Assembly: GCA_951406725.2 (NCBI GenBank)
Contig: OX597831.1
Location: forward strand, 69,564,001 to 69,628,000
DNA: 64,000 bases
DNA from: Octopus vulgaris
Lineage: Eukaryota
Direction: 5' to 3'
The translations under genes were made by a program, and so were the position numbers. The notes below the pieces were generated by a model. It was not told the origin of the DNA, did not search any database, and worked only from the letters and a program-made list of their open reading frames with translations. Positions 62,316 to 64,000 of the stretch are shown here, piece after piece; positions within the stretch are counted from its first letter, which is position 1, and the number at the start of each line of letters is the position of its first letter.

Positions 62316-64000
62316 AAACAAACCTAGACAGCCAAAACTAAATTATCTAAAACATTTACTTTCTAGCATTACTATTTGTGCTGTTATCACTGTCCTTGCT
62401 TAGTTCATAATAATAGAAGAGACCAAGGAACAGTTTCTGTACCATTCCTGTAAGTGGTGGTGCTGAATTCTTTCAACCCATTGAGTTTTTGACATGTACC
62501 GTGAAATGTTATCCTGTAATGTATGTAGCAAGTTCATATTAAGGTAGGAGCTATGTATGCTGCAGTTCTGGAGACCAAACGGCTTTCAGGGACATGAATA
62601 ATATAATTACATTATATGTTGATAAATGTAGGGCCTACTTCTTTGTTATAGCATCTAGGCAATGAACATCTAAAACTCCAAATGGATATCACAAGTGGAT
62701 TTGAAATGAAATCTGCAACTTTTAAAAATGCTCGTAAACTTTATAGTGCTTATACTGCTTAAAGCAAGGAACTGAAGCAGGACATGTTTCTAATTAATAT
62801 GGGTGTCTAAGACAGTTAAAAGCAGGGTTTGTCACAGGATATGAATCACTAAACTTTGCCTTCTACTACAAAACCATATTGATTTGGCATGCTTAAACTT
62901 ACTTTGAGGTATAGTAATCAATAAACTCCATTAGATATCAGGAAATTGTCTTTCTTTTTCATAGAATTTTCTAATAGTAATTAAGTGGGTAGAGATATTC
63001 ACAATTGAAACACAATGCAAAAATTAGCCTGACCTGCTCAGTCTGTGATGAGCTGAAAAGCTAATGTTTCGAAATGTTTTTTCTGAGTAGTTGCAGCCAA
63101 AAATTTTGGATTTCTGACAACAAAACTATGTCTATCTATCAAGTTAATGGGAATATTGGCAAACTTGAATTTTCACCACTAATAGCCTGATGAGAAAACA
63201 ATAGAATAATAGTCAACTAAATGGGAGAAAAGATGAAAATCTCAAAGACATTGTGGTCTGCTGTCAGAAGTCCTAATATAAATATTTATATTAATCAAAC
63301 AAAGCTTCAAACGACCTTCTATCCATTTTATTTCAATTTGCTTTTATTTGTATTTCTTTTTAAATACATCATATCTAAGGAAATCTGCCAACACGTATGC
63401 AAAGTCATATTTAATTTTTTTTTATTTCAGTTTCTTTTTTTTTTTTTACATCTGCAACAAGAAATATTTGACTTTTCAATTTCGTTGTTCAAAGGAACCA
63501 GAAATTATTGTTTTCAAAAGTTCAAAAAGACACTCATTTTGATTATGAAGCTGTAGTTTTACAAATATTGACTTGGCAGATTTGTGTGATTCTACCTCTC
63601 TGATAAAGCTTCCACTTTGCTTTGGAATGGAATCTGCTTTTATTTTATTTTATTTTATTTCTAATTGGAACATTTCATACTTTTATTTTCCTTTTTATTT
63701 GTTGTAAATAATAGAGTTGATATTCGATGTATTTAAATGGACTTCAAAATGATTCCATGTATAGACTTCACTTGGCACTAGCAATTCTGTCTACAGATTT
63801 TAGATTCTATAGAAAAGGAATTATTTTATTTCATAACAAAACATTTTTGTTGTAACCTTCTCTTTTCATATATATATATATATATGTGTGTAAATTTATC
63901 AAGTTTTCACTAAAGCTTCCTCAGTCATTCTTAATACAATAAACAATTACAATAGAATACAATAAATCAGATGGCAAATGCTTCTCACTTGCAATGCCTT

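Overview
AT-rich, microsatellite-rich animal genomic DNA with no prokaryotic features and no host protein-coding exon I can support; it reads as intronic or intergenic. The SINE complement resembles that of octopod cephalopods (Octopus), but this is an inference from recognising the repeats. Almost all recognisable sequence is transposon-derived: about 11 copies of one ~400-bp tRNA-headed SINE (family A), several Nin/Deu-domain-like SINEs (family B), two SINEs sharing a tRNA-like head with different tails (family C), RTE-, Jockey- and CR1/L2-like LINE fragments, one near-complete APE-endonuclease+RT LINE (48.1-51.1 kb, minus), two Penelope-like elements, a Buster-type hAT transposon, two Tc1/mariner elements and several Helitron pieces, often nested. 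Best leads: (1) several unrelated minimal hammerhead-ribozyme-like motifs, clearest at 39.0 and 57.6 kb; (2) a TSD-flanked chimera of a 5' tRNA-Lys half and a SINE at 34.6-34.95 kb; (3) a PHD finger inside a LINE reverse-transcriptase domain; (4) an ORF1-only retroelement sharing its 3' end with SINE family B; (5) an inverted repeat with a sharp step in identity. Boundaries of degenerate elements are approximate (tens of bp) and all mismatch counts were made by eye.
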